Shown here in pieces: positions 21,391 to 33,276 of a stretch of 64,000 bases of DNA; positions within the stretch are counted from its first letter, which is position 1; each line of letters opens with the position of its first letter. The notes under the pieces were generated by a model. The model worked only from the letters and a program-made list of their open reading frames with translations. It had not been told where the DNA came from and ran no database searches. A program made the translations under genes and the position numbers. The DNA lies in assembly GCF_964194025.1 (NCBI RefSeq), contig NC_134470.1, positions 21,266,001 to 21,330,000 on the forward strand, given 5' to 3'. The DNA is from Convolutriloba macropyga. Taxonomy: Eukaryota.

Positions 21391-21886
21391 TTAATAGCCG
21401 CACAGCGATAGCGGTGGCTATTATTGGCCTTCTCTTGGTTTTATTTCGTCGTCAAGATTTTTGTTACGACCATATGACGTCACAACCACTTCAAATCTAC
21501 CTTTTGTTCTTTCGTTCATGCAATTTCAACTGAAGTGCGTGCGTAACGTCATTTCATTCTTAGTGGAGCGAGTTTTGTTGTTCATTCGCGTTATTAAATT
21601 TTTGGTCACACGTGACTTATCTCACTCTCAAAAATGACTTCCTCACTTTGAAAATGAATTTTTTTACTTTAATTCAAAGTGAAGGTCAAATGATTGTGTG
21701 TCACTATTAAAGAAGGTTTTTTGAGAGCAGCGTATAGAGGTAGCCGTAACTTATACAGATTCTCAATCAAAATTTAACAACTCATTCTTCAATGAAAAGA
21801 CTAATTTTTTTGGTCTGTCTTTACTGTTTTTTGTAGACTGCAGATCTAAAGCTATTGCGGCTATTTTCTGGCAATCTGCCAGCTGT
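21391..21886 (+). mobile_element. HINE/DINE-1-like non-autonomous element, family B, short copy
   Basis: 5' AATAGCCGC (21393-21401) with adjacent partial inverted repeat GGCTATT. 3' GCGGCTATT (21857-21865) followed by hairpin CTGGCA-ATC-TGCCAG (21868-21882). Confidence 0.7.
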
Positions 21887-24800
21887 GTTCAATTAATTCC
21901 ATTATTGACAGGTAGTACCGGTGGCTACCGAGGCGTAAATGGGTCTAATTAGTTGCTCGAATTCATAACTGGTTTTCATGATTTTGTTACTATTTTTTGG
22001 TTTGACGAAGATGTTGGTGGGCATTTTTGTTGCTTATCTTGTGGTATAGGAGCTTAATTTCAATTAGAAACGTTCTCCATGGACAAGTGCGGCATTTTTT
22101 CCAATTTCATGCTGCAGCTTATTTTTGTCTTTTGATTCTAGCGTTTATTGTGGATGAATTTGAGTCTATTGTTTTTGAAATGTTTTTTTTTGTATTGAGA
22201 AATTTTTTTACTCTAATGATGTAGGCTAAATTGTTTTAAATTATTTTGTTATACGATTGTGGTTGAGGCCAGTAATTTTTGATAAAGATCTTGATTTTTG
22301 TCACAATTGTTTTAGTGCATTTTGTATACTGTCTTTCATCGATTTTGTCAAGTTTGTTGTGTTGTGTTGTGTACGCATTCTACCGACGTGTTCTGCTAGG
22401 TTTATCACTTCTTTAAACAATTTTTTTTTCTCGTTTTAGTGCACAGCTTGTGCGAAAATCTTTTGGACTTCTCTATGCTTTTTCATTCGGCTCAAAGTGC
22501 TTTTTAAGTAGCATTTCGTTTGCCAAATTATATAGAATCTTTAGAGTCAATATCTAAAAAGGAAATTAAAATTAGAAACAAACGAGATAAACCCATAAAG
22601 AAATTGTAAGTCATGCCATCCCTAATGCTTTTGGTTGTGATAATGCCCCATGTATCCTCTCAATGTGAAAGAGGAGTTTGTCCAACTAAAAATGACATCA
22701 ACTAGGTTCGCACTGTTTTTTTTTCTAATCCCAATCCGGGTTATAGACATTAATGGCGACTTAAACTAAGCCCAACAAGATGCTCTAGTAAACTCGTTCG
22801 GAATTCCTAAATTTTGTTTGGATTAGTTTAATTTTTTTTTTGTTTTAATTTTGCACCACCTTTAATTTTCCCATAAGTTTTGTCATGAAATTTTTGTTCA
22901 CGCTTTTCATTCGTTCAGGTATTACCGAACTGTAGTTTGTGCGCGATTTCAGTTTTTGCCACCTAAAATGTTTTTCTCTAAGTGGTTCTAAAGCCACACT
23001 TTAATAAAGCGTACTTGTTGGCAAAATATAGAAATCATTGTCTGACGCGATTTCAGGGAAACATTTAAACATCATTCAGAAAATCAAATATTCTCAAATA
23101 ACAATTTTACGCTGCTCTTCGAATTCTTTGAGCTCAAGGTTTTTGGTATAAATTAATTTTTTTTTGTCAATTTTTTGTATTGCAGTAATTCATCTGTTTT
23201 TTTAGTTGCGTTCTTCCGTATTTTTTTTCGTGAGAAGTATTCAATTAAATCTAACTGAAATTATCTAATTATATATGATGCTATTTTAAGTGGTACCCGT
23301 CTTTTGTGGATTAACGGTTGCTGTTTTTTGACATGCTTGGAAAATGCGAGCTTCAAATGACAGAATTTGATGTTTTTTAATAGGGCATTTCATCCTTACT
23401 TTCTTCAGAAAATCGCTCCGCTCAATTAAATTTTGCTCGTATTGTTAGCCGTTTTGGTTTAGGTAATTCGTTTTCCAAATTAACATTCTGCTATTGAACA
23501 ACGCAGTTATTTTGTGCTCTGCCGTTTTTGGTGTTTATAGCTTCGAGCATTCTCCAGATGACTTTGCTTGTTTGGATTTCAGGTTTGAAGCCAGATTGCG
23601 ACAGTAATTAAATGGCAAACGTCATTAAGTTTTAAATTTTGCAAAATTTGTAATTGCTCTCAAACGAAATTTGTAGCAATTATATTAATCTTGTCGGTCT
23701 TCATTTTTCATGCAATTTTTCGTACCACCGACTTTTTGTCTGATCGTTTTTGTCTTCTGGACATTTGACTTTTTGTCGTCAAAAACAAGTAGTCTGGAGT
23801 GCATCAAGTCCCAGAGCGGTTCTTTTAGAGCTTTATAGCCTCTGTGTATAAATTACCTAAGCACCATGATATGACAATATCATGGTACGAGGGGCCATTT
23901 TTGTGGTTTAGACCCTTCACTGGTCCACCTTCTTTTTCGTCACCCGTGCTTCATTCAAGTGTGTAAACTACCCTCCCTAAACGCCATCTAGCTCTTGACG
24001 AAGCCAACGGCTCTCCTGTTGTTTTAGAGCAAGTTTTCTCGGTCATTGATATTTTTTTTGAAATATTTCGTCTGAGTAATTTGACATCTTTTCGATTAGT
24101 ATTTAATTGGCACAGTTGCTTGGTTTGAGCATTGTCTTAAATTGCCCTAGCGAGATCTAACTGACCTCAATTGCGGGCGCTACTTTGCGTCATCATACTT
24201 TTCAGAAGTTAGAACCACAGTGCGCTGATTTATTTTAAATAAATGTGTGATTCAATTATAGGACCACTACTGATGTTTATTTTGGGTTGAGTACACCATC
24301 TGATTTATTCATTTGAAAATATGTTCGTCCACCTCCAGGGATTATGTTTCAGTTATGTGCCGCTATATTTTTTTTCAAATTTTAGATTCTATTTAGTTAC
24401 TCGAGATGTATCAGGTCGTTTTATGCTCTTCGGAAATTCGGTAATTGCTGTGAATTTCCGCTTTAATCAACAAAGCAGTTAATTTTCCTCCAATTTTCTT
24501 TTCGTTATTTGTCCTCCAATTTTCTGTTCCTATTTGTCCTACCTTAACACAATGACGCACCGGGCCTGTTCCAACATATATAGGCAACAATCCATCAAAT
24601 TGATAGACAATAAAAGCGGAATTTAACTGCTTTGTTGATTAAATGTGAGGTTTGAGACTCATTGTTTGACTGTTGTGAGCCGAGATAGGTTTATGGCATA
24701 TTTTGAAAGGACTAGACCGCTTTTTGGGCACCTTTGAAAGCTACAAATTACATGGGTGACTGAGTCCCTTTTGTTGGAAATAAATACGGCGTGTAAACAC

Positions 24801-26146
24801 GTATGTTGTTTACATTTCTTAGATATTTCTACACCTGCTTGTTTATTGAAATCAGTCTCTTTTGGCATGCAGTTTCAAACATGAGTCGTCTAATACATCC
24901 GCAGAGGTTGCATTAAGTGTGAAACCTGTAATGAGGGTAGCCAGCCAATATGTGGTCAGTCGAAAAAGCAGAAATACCAAAACTTTGCCCTGAAATACAC
25001 CTTTGGAACAAGACAGATTCTTTTTTTTTCGATACTGCGATGAGCTATACAAATGTTCACAGCGGCCCCCTGCAACACAATTTCTATATAATTGGAAAAA
25101 TTGTTTTGAACGTGAATTACAATCAATAATTGAGAATTAATTATAATACTCAATAGAAATAATAGAACTCAAATAATTCATGAGTTCAACAATTTTTTTG
25201 AAGATTTGGTTCTGTTTTTTATTCGTTTTCTTTCTCCAGTTTCCTCCTTCGACGACCATGAATGGCTATAAATGGAAACAAAACTGTAATATATGGATCT
25301 GTTTTGAGATTGTTCTGCCGCGTGCACTTGCCCTGGTATCCTTAAATAATAATAGAAGCTTTACTACTACTAGGAGGTTGATGTTGGCTCTAAAAGCGTC
25401 ACTGTGCTTGTAAAAGGTGCATAGAATTGTCGCCATTGATAGGTCAGAGCAGCTGTCACCCTTTTTGTGTGCAGGCATTCATAATTCACCAAAATCCGAT
25501 TACAGTTTAATGCCACTACCGCAGGCTAATACCAACACACCACCTCAATTTCCTTTTATTACCTTTGTTACCCCGCTAACTTTGTTCAATTTTCCTTTCT
25601 TCCGTGAGATTAGTCAAATCGCAACAATGCTCTTACCCCGAAAATTCTTGATCTGTTTTCCCTTTTTTCTGCAGGTTGTTTTTCAACTCAACCCAATTTT
25701 TTTTATTTACCTCGGTATTTATCTTGTCTACTTAATCTGTCGCGTTGTTTCAAGTCGCAGAATTTCCGTAAAATTTTTTCGATTCTTTGGAGCCATGTTG
25801 GCGTCGATGTCATTATTATAGCTGCGAATAGTTAGCTGAGGAAATCTCCGGTGTGGTTGTTTCTTGATCAGCTCTTCCACGTTCAATTTTTAAATTTTTT
25901 TGTGGACCAAAGCCTAGAAACGCATACTTTCCGAGTTTCAATGCCGCTATTGCTGTTTCTATTTGTCTGTTTCTATTTGTATGGCGTTTTTGGCACTCTA
26001 TGACACAAAGTTTCTGTCAAGTGTAATTACGTACTTACCTTCCTTCCTACTGGAAATTTGAGGTAAGATGAGGACTGCTTCTTATCTGATTTTTGTGACA
26101 AAAGATTTGCGAATCTAGCAGTTATTGAGTTAATTATTTGTTGCTT

Positions 26147-28558
26147 TTAATAGCCGCGAAGCGATAGCTGAGGCTATTATTGGCCTTCTCTTGGATTTTT
26201 AACGACTCGAAGAGGAGTATTGGTTTTCTCTCGGTCCTCACGCGGCATTTTGACATAAACGCGAAAGTGAGAAAAGCTGTCATGGTGAACCGATTTTTGC
26301 CAACCGAGAGAACTTTTTCGATGATGCGCTGCGTTAAGTGAATAACTTTTTGACTTTCAAAAACGTTCTTGAAAGAACGGCGCATATAGATAAACGTTTT
26401 TGCCGGTTTTTCGTCCATTTGGCTCAATTTTTTAACTTGTAATTTAGTTTTTTGTAGAAATTGGTTTTGATCGATTTTTTCTGCACTAATATAACTTTAT
26501 GAAATTGATACCACTAAGTTTTGCAGAGCATAATAATAGTTTTCAAGTGTAAAATGTGCTCATCTTAATTTTAAAATTATTTTTTTCATTAATTTCTTTC
26601 TGTTTGTATCTTTGAGCGGATTTTGAAAAATCAATGTATATGGCAACGTTCGGTTGGCAACTCATGCATTGAACAACTCTTCATTTAATCCGTTTTTTTT
26701 GCATTTTTTGTCATTTTTAATTTTGGTTTTTATGTTGAAAAGTTTTGTTTTAAAGTTTTTCTGTGCACAGCCAGTGGTTTAATTTGGTGTAATTAATAAT
26801 TTGATTTTTGACGTCTAATCTTTGAAATTCAAACGAAATTTAATTCAAAATAACAATTTTGTTTTTTTTTAAATTTTAATATTTTGACAAGTTTTTCTGC
26901 AAAGTATTTTAGTTTAGCGAATCTCTTTAACCGTTTCTCAATTTTTTATTTCAACAGAAGCATGGCTGTGTATTGTTTTTGAGCCATTTTACCTAAATAA
27001 ATATATATACTTTATTTTGGATCAAAAATTTTTAAATTTTTGATGCCGCATGTGAAAACTGTGTTAAGGTCAAACGGCTGAACTCTTCGAAAAGCAGAGA
27101 AGAGAGGATGATTTTTGGATCGTATCGTTGAAAACTATTGTGTATATTAAAGGCGAGAAAGGTAGTTGTTAAAAAATTGCTAATTGAACAAATTTTTTAT
27201 CACTTGCGGCTTTTTCAAAAGTTTTTTTTTTGCTTTTTTTTCCAATTTTTCAGTCAAAGGTGTTTCTGGCAATTATCTATTCTAGTAGAAGTGTGTTTCG
27301 AAGCACTTTTGACCATCTGGAGCAAATATTACACGTTTATATCCAATCTTGATCTAATTTACCATTTTGCATCTTTTAAGTTTTTCTTGCATTTTGTTTT
27401 CCTTTATTATTACCTTATTATTATTTTTTATTACCTTTGCGGAGTTGTGTGGTTGAAACTAATTGTTGTAGCAGTTTTAGTGATTGTTCGTTATGATTGA
27501 TAGTTTTGGTGAGGAAAATTGGGTAAATTCGAGCATATTTTGCCGATAGTTGTATGTTTTTATGGTTTTGGTCTTCTGATCTTACGCGTCCTGCTCTATT
27601 TTTTTTCAGTCAATTCTCAGTTGAGAGTTGTTTTTTAGGTGTTGCTACTGTGAACGGACACTTCAAATCTAGTCATGGCAATTTTCTCTAACATTAATTA
27701 CTTTGTTAAGTTTTTTGCTCTTAGCAGTTTCCAACAGGCAATTGATTTTTCTCTCCCTCCTTTTGGATGAGTGACTGAGCTGTTTTTTTTTGCTCTTATA
27801 TTTTTACTTCTGTTTTTACTTCTCAGTCAAATTTTGGTTGGGTGACTGATTACCGAGATAATGTAATTGACATTTTCTCAAATTAGTGGTTCGGAAATTG
27901 CATTTATCGTTTGCGATGTTTTTAGAGTTCTATTTGCGGTTTTGTACACCGTCTCCTGTCTCTTTCGAGTTTGTTTTTTAAATTTTTATTGGTGTTCTGT
28001 CAATTGTTAATATTTTGCCAATCATGTGTATAGCAGGTTCCTTTACCAATATTTTTTTTGGGGTGGCCACTGAAGTTCAATTTTATCAGGTTATGTCTCA
28101 GTTTTTGGCAGATACTTTTGTCGTATTTTTCCTGTTTCAAATTGCTTATTATAATTGTGGAATATGCATTAGGTCATTGATTATGGTAACTTTTCTACTA
28201 CGGTTCGTTTCCGGAGTTCTATTTTTTTATTTCGTCAAGATTTTCGTAACGACCATATGACGTCACAATCACTTCAAATCTGCCTTTTGTTGTTCATTCA
28301 TTCATACAATTTCAACTGAACTGCGCGCGTTACGTCATTTTTCACTTTTGCTGGCGCGAGTTTTTCCTGTTCATTCGCGATATACAGATTCTTGATCAAA
28401 ATTTAACATCCTGTTCATTCGCGATATACAGATTCTTGATCAAAATTTAACATCTCATTTCTTAATGAAAAAAACTAATTCTTAGTTTGTCTGTTTCTTT
28501 TTGAGACTGCAGATCTACAAAGCTATTGCGGCTTTTTTCCGGCAAGCTGCCAGCTATT
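26147..28558 (+). mobile_element. HINE-like family B long or nested copy
   Basis: Same 5' end (TTAATAGCCGCGAAGCGATAGCTGAGGCTATTATTGGCC) and 3' end (CTGCAGATCTACAAAGCTATTGCGGCT..CCGGCAAGCTGCCAG). 28230-28558 is collinear with 21446-21886. Confidence 0.6.
28366..28453 (+). repeat. Exact 44-bp tandem duplication
   Basis: CCTGTTCATTCGCGATATACAGATTCTTGATCAAAATTTAACAT x2. Confidence 0.95.
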
Positions 28559-29203
28559 TAAGTTTCCTGATGGATGAATCAATATAGACCATCAGCTGTT
28601 ATGTCTATTAATTGGTTAAGCTTGTCTTTTTCGTACGTAGTGTTGGTTCTTTTTTCTATCTAATTTTTTGGGCGCCAGGAACTTTATGGTAGCCTGGCTT
28701 TTTTCAAGTAATCTTGGTTCGGTGGATTTTTTTTGCGGAAATATACAAAAAAGTCCACTTGAAAAACTGAATCGATTGAAATTTTCTACCCCTTTTACCT
28801 TTCCTACCCGTTCATGCTCCATATATATTCTTATGTGCTTATTTTTACTTTTTGAAAATTAGGAATTGAATCTCTTAAAATTGCTAATTAGATATTACTT
28901 AATTGCTAATTAGAGTGAAGCAGATTCAAAAGAAAAAGATCTGGAGTGGCAATATTGTAACAAATTATTAGTAAAAAAGTGCAAAAAAACGGTAAGATTA
29001 ATTACCTGAACCATTACTGAGTTCAGCTTTTCTTGGGTACCCTGGAGTTTTTTTTGTACTTAGATCAATTTCACTGTCGTTGTAAGTACAGTCAATTTTC
29101 ATGCAAAAAAAGATTAAAGACTTTCTTGGATAACTGGCGCTTGCTAAAGCTACAAACGGAAAGCTACAAAGCCGAGTCTTGACAATTAAGTACATTTGCT
29201 TAA

Positions 29204-31142
29204 TTAATAGCAGCAAAGCGATAGCTGGGGCTATTATTGGCCGCCTCTTCTTTTTTTTACAAATCAGTCTTTTTTAAGATCTGCTCACACTCTTTTGACC
29301 ATTTCTTGTCAATGAGAGGTCAAATTGGAGTAGTGATTGTAATCACACTGGAATAGTAAGACGAGCGAAAAGCGAGTAGCTATAAGGCATGACATTGTTG
29401 AAAATTGCTTTAAATTCAATTGAGGAAAAGGTTTCGTAACAATATTTTGTTTCTTGAGAGCATTTTTTACGTGCCGCAATTGTTTTCTCTTCATTTTCTG
29501 TAGGAATACTTTTGGAGGAATAAGTGATGCGTTTGTTCTAATAATGAACAGTTTTGGATGTTTAGACCCCACAAAAGGCAAATAATTGTTTTCAATACTT
29601 TGACGTTAATTGAACTTCTAAAGTAAGGGATTGTTTGGATTTTGCCTGTTCTTTGTTGTTCTTTTTGTTGCTGTGTTATTTAGTCTAATTAATGTGGGTT
29701 CGCAATGGGTTCTCCGTTGAGGTTTTTTTGATGAGTTTGTTTTGCGGATATCTAAATCGAATTCGACGAATTTTAACCAATTTGACACAACTTGAGTTCA
29801 AATAAATCTTCAAAATTGTTCAAAATTGTGCAAAACAATTTTGTATTTTAGATTTTTCCTTCTACCGTTCTTTTTATCGTCTAATAAGTCAGCATCTTTT
29901 TGGACAGCTCCGAGTAGCTCCTCTATGAGCCAGAATTTGATCAATTTAAAGGTTTGCACGCATATCTAATGTTTTCACTACTTTGACACGACTTGCAATC
30001 GAAAAAAGATTTCTTAGCAGTTTTTTTGTTGTTTTCCAGTTGTTTTACCGCCTCGCCTCGTTAATGATAGATCTCATGGTCCATTTCATTAGGCACTTTC
30101 GAGTTTTCTACATCTTGAATTCAATACTGAATATCTCAACGAATCTGACGCAACTTGTTTTTGAAAATTATTTGTTATTTTTTAGATTTTGTGAGCTCTG
30201 GTAGTTGTTTATTTCACCTCTCTAGGTTCTCTAATGAGCCATGTTTGAGTGTTTTCAATTGTTTCATTCATAGTCAACAGTTTTTACGACTTTGACAGGA
30301 TTTGCTTTTAAATTTACTCATTGTTCGCTGGATTTTGCCGTTCTTCGCAATATTTTTTTTCTTCGCATAGACATTAAAAAGCTCTCAATTGAGTCAAACT
30401 AAGGTTTTTAGTTTTTTGTTGATACTTTTATTGACTTTGGCGACTTTTTTGAACTTTTGATTATTGTCTTCATTTGTTGCTACTTTTGTTACGTGGCACC
30501 CGAATCTGTTTTTTATTTTAATCGAAGTTGATGTCTTTTCTATCTATAAATGGTGGGAAAGAATCCGAGGAGTTCAGTTTGCCTTTGCATGTTTCAATGG
30601 CTTTGTGCCACTTATTTTCAATGAAATAGCAAAAACAGGCTTTTGTCAAATGTTCTTTTACTTGTCTCTGTGGTTTTCTGCAAATTTGGTGTGTACTCTA
30701 ATAAACTACTATTGTTTAAAGGTCTTTCGAAATTGACGTTGTTCGGCTTAATAACTCCGATGAGCGTATTATTCTAAAAGTGAATTGAATTATTTTTTTT
30801 TAGATTTAGGTAGTGTTCTTTTCATTATCGGAGGCTGCTCTTTCATGGAGGCTGATTATGTTGTCTTCTGTTTGTTCGATTCCTTTAATTGTAATTCAGA
30901 AATGACTTCCTGGCTTTGAAATTGACTTTTTAAATTCAGTTCAAAGAGATTAAGGTTGAGTGAGTGCGTATCACTCTTATTGAAAATTATTTGAGAGCAG
31001 CTAATTGAAGCAGCAATAAGATAATCAGGTTCTTAATGAAAATATAACATCTCAGAATTCAATTAACAAAGATTTTTTGTTCATTTTCTTTTACGATTTT
31101 GAGACTGCAGATCTACAAAACTATTGCGGCTATTTTCTGGGC
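29204..31142 (+). mobile_element. HINE-like family B copy
   Basis: 5' TAATAGCAGCAAAGCGATAGCTGGGGCTATTATTGGCC; 3' CTGCAGATCTACAAAACTATTGCGGCTATTTTCTGG. Confidence 0.6.
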
Positions 31143-33276
31143 TATGTTTGATTTGCTTAAGTTGACAAAAAATTTAGTTGAATTATCAAAATTAGACAGC
31201 TCATTTTTTATGCAATTGATCAAAAAGTAAACTTGGGTAATATACTGCCTCTTGAAGATAAAAAAATCTTTTATTGTAAACTCGATATTTGTAGTTGTAA
31301 CTCTTTCTTTTTTTGATATACGCTTTTTGTTTTCTTGGACCAGAAATCCAACAAAAAGGGAAAATATTTATCAATTGGAATTTTTGGTTTAATATCATTT
31401 GTTCATTTATATCAATTCTTTTGTTGTTGATTCTCTCAAACGCAATTTCTTTCCTGATGTTGGACTTTCCTGTGCTGCCCGTGGACTCGCACGATCGATC
31501 TTGTGAAATATGAAAAATGTTAGCAACTTCAATGGTTATTCTGCTGACTGTCAATTTTTGAATAGCAAGTTTGAAACCTTTTTCTCGAGATTTCATAGTT
31601 GCTATCAACTCTTTCATTTTCCTGATATGAAAAATTACTGGTTGCGTTCCAACCTTCGATTGTTTTTGTTGTTAAATAAATCGTTAAAAATTTGGTTTTT
31701 AGTAGCGAGAATTATTTGTAATTTGTTATTGGGTATTGAAAGCTCGAAAGGTTCAGTTTGCAAGGCTTTGTTTTTACAATTCTTATAGATGTCACGTTAC
31801 AATTATCTCTGTATTAATTTTGCACTGATAATTGAAAAATGTGATAAGAACGATCATTAAACCGAATTGGAATCTTTACTTTGTGAAGTTTTGGCTTTTG
31901 TATTAAAAACGCAATTTTTTACTATCCAAAAGTTTGAATGTTTTGGGACCTTGGCACCCATGGTATAAAAAGAGTGGGGTAAAAGGCCTCACTGCTATTA
32001 AAAATTTGGACATTTTGCAGCTGAAATAATTTCGTAATTTCTCTCGCTTATCATTAGGAATTGTTTCCTTGCTGAGGATTTTACAAAAATACTTTTCGAT
32101 TTTTAAAAACTATTTTGGTGATAATATTGGTTTGAAATAGCCTTGATTGTATGGCAATGAATGCTGAATTTGATTTATTTGATTGCCGTGGGGACGAATG
32201 AGTTGTCTAATTAGTGTCATTTTTGCAAATCTTTGGTGAAGGAATGTCTCGATCTCAGTTTTTGTTTTGCAACCACTTTGTCACTTGAACTTCAAAAGTT
32301 CAATTATGAACAAGTTCATAAAAAGGTTGGAGTTGGTCTGAATGTTTCATTTTTGTTTTATTTTGTCGAAGCATAATATATAGCTTTTGAATATAACATA
32401 GGTGTGCGTTGTGCGTTCATATGCCACGTTTTTAACGTTATTTTGAGTGACGCGTTGCTCTTTCTCAGGCTGTAAAGGCTCCGAAAATTTTGTTACTTCG
32501 TTCTCTGATTTTTTGTATCATGTGAATATTCTAAATATAATGTAAAATATGTAAATAAGTTTAGATGGTTGTTGAACATGGTCTTAGAATAGTTTTATTT
32601 GTAATTTGACTATCTCTTGATTTGGCTGATTAAAAATCTTAGAAGTTGATTGGTTTTCAGGCACAATGTAAATACACGCAAGTACACACCACCTCTCAAA
32701 ACACGCGCACAATTTACCTCAGTTGAAAACGTAACAAGTAATATAGGTAAATGGTGGAACTTGATGTTTTCGAGCATCATTTGGTCACAAACAAAAAACC
32801 TTGTACAATTATGTAAATTGTAACTAGAACAATTTGAGAAGAGAGCTCTTACCATTGATGCTTCTTGCAGCGAACAACACAGCTTGATTGTAATTCAAGT
32901 CAACTTTTGTCAGATTTTACCAACCGGTCTTGTCGAGAAAGCAGCTCAACTTGGACCATGTTATAAGCTGAGATTCCATCTTGAAACTTGACGATTGTTA
33001 CAGATGTAAAGCCGTGTTTTGTGGCGCTGAGCAGGCGCCAAATTTATCAAATCTGAAGTTAATGTTGCAGAAAATTATTCCCGTGATGTTGGCTTGTTTT
33101 ACATGAAAAGTACAACTTTTGCTGTTCATTTTGTCAAGTGCCATCTCGTCTTAATTATCAATTTGCGGCTCATAACTGTTGATATCTATTTACAACTTAT
33201 ACGTTAGATCGTTTGAAGCCACAATTAAAATCGTGTGCTGATTTTTGGACAAAGTTTGCGTTTTACTCTTACGAAA

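Noticed and set aside
19500-33100. Numerous 60-140 aa ORFs here and in 36-55 kb
   Set aside because: F/L/K/I-rich translations of AT-rich repeats, many with non-ATG starts and no recognisable motifs.
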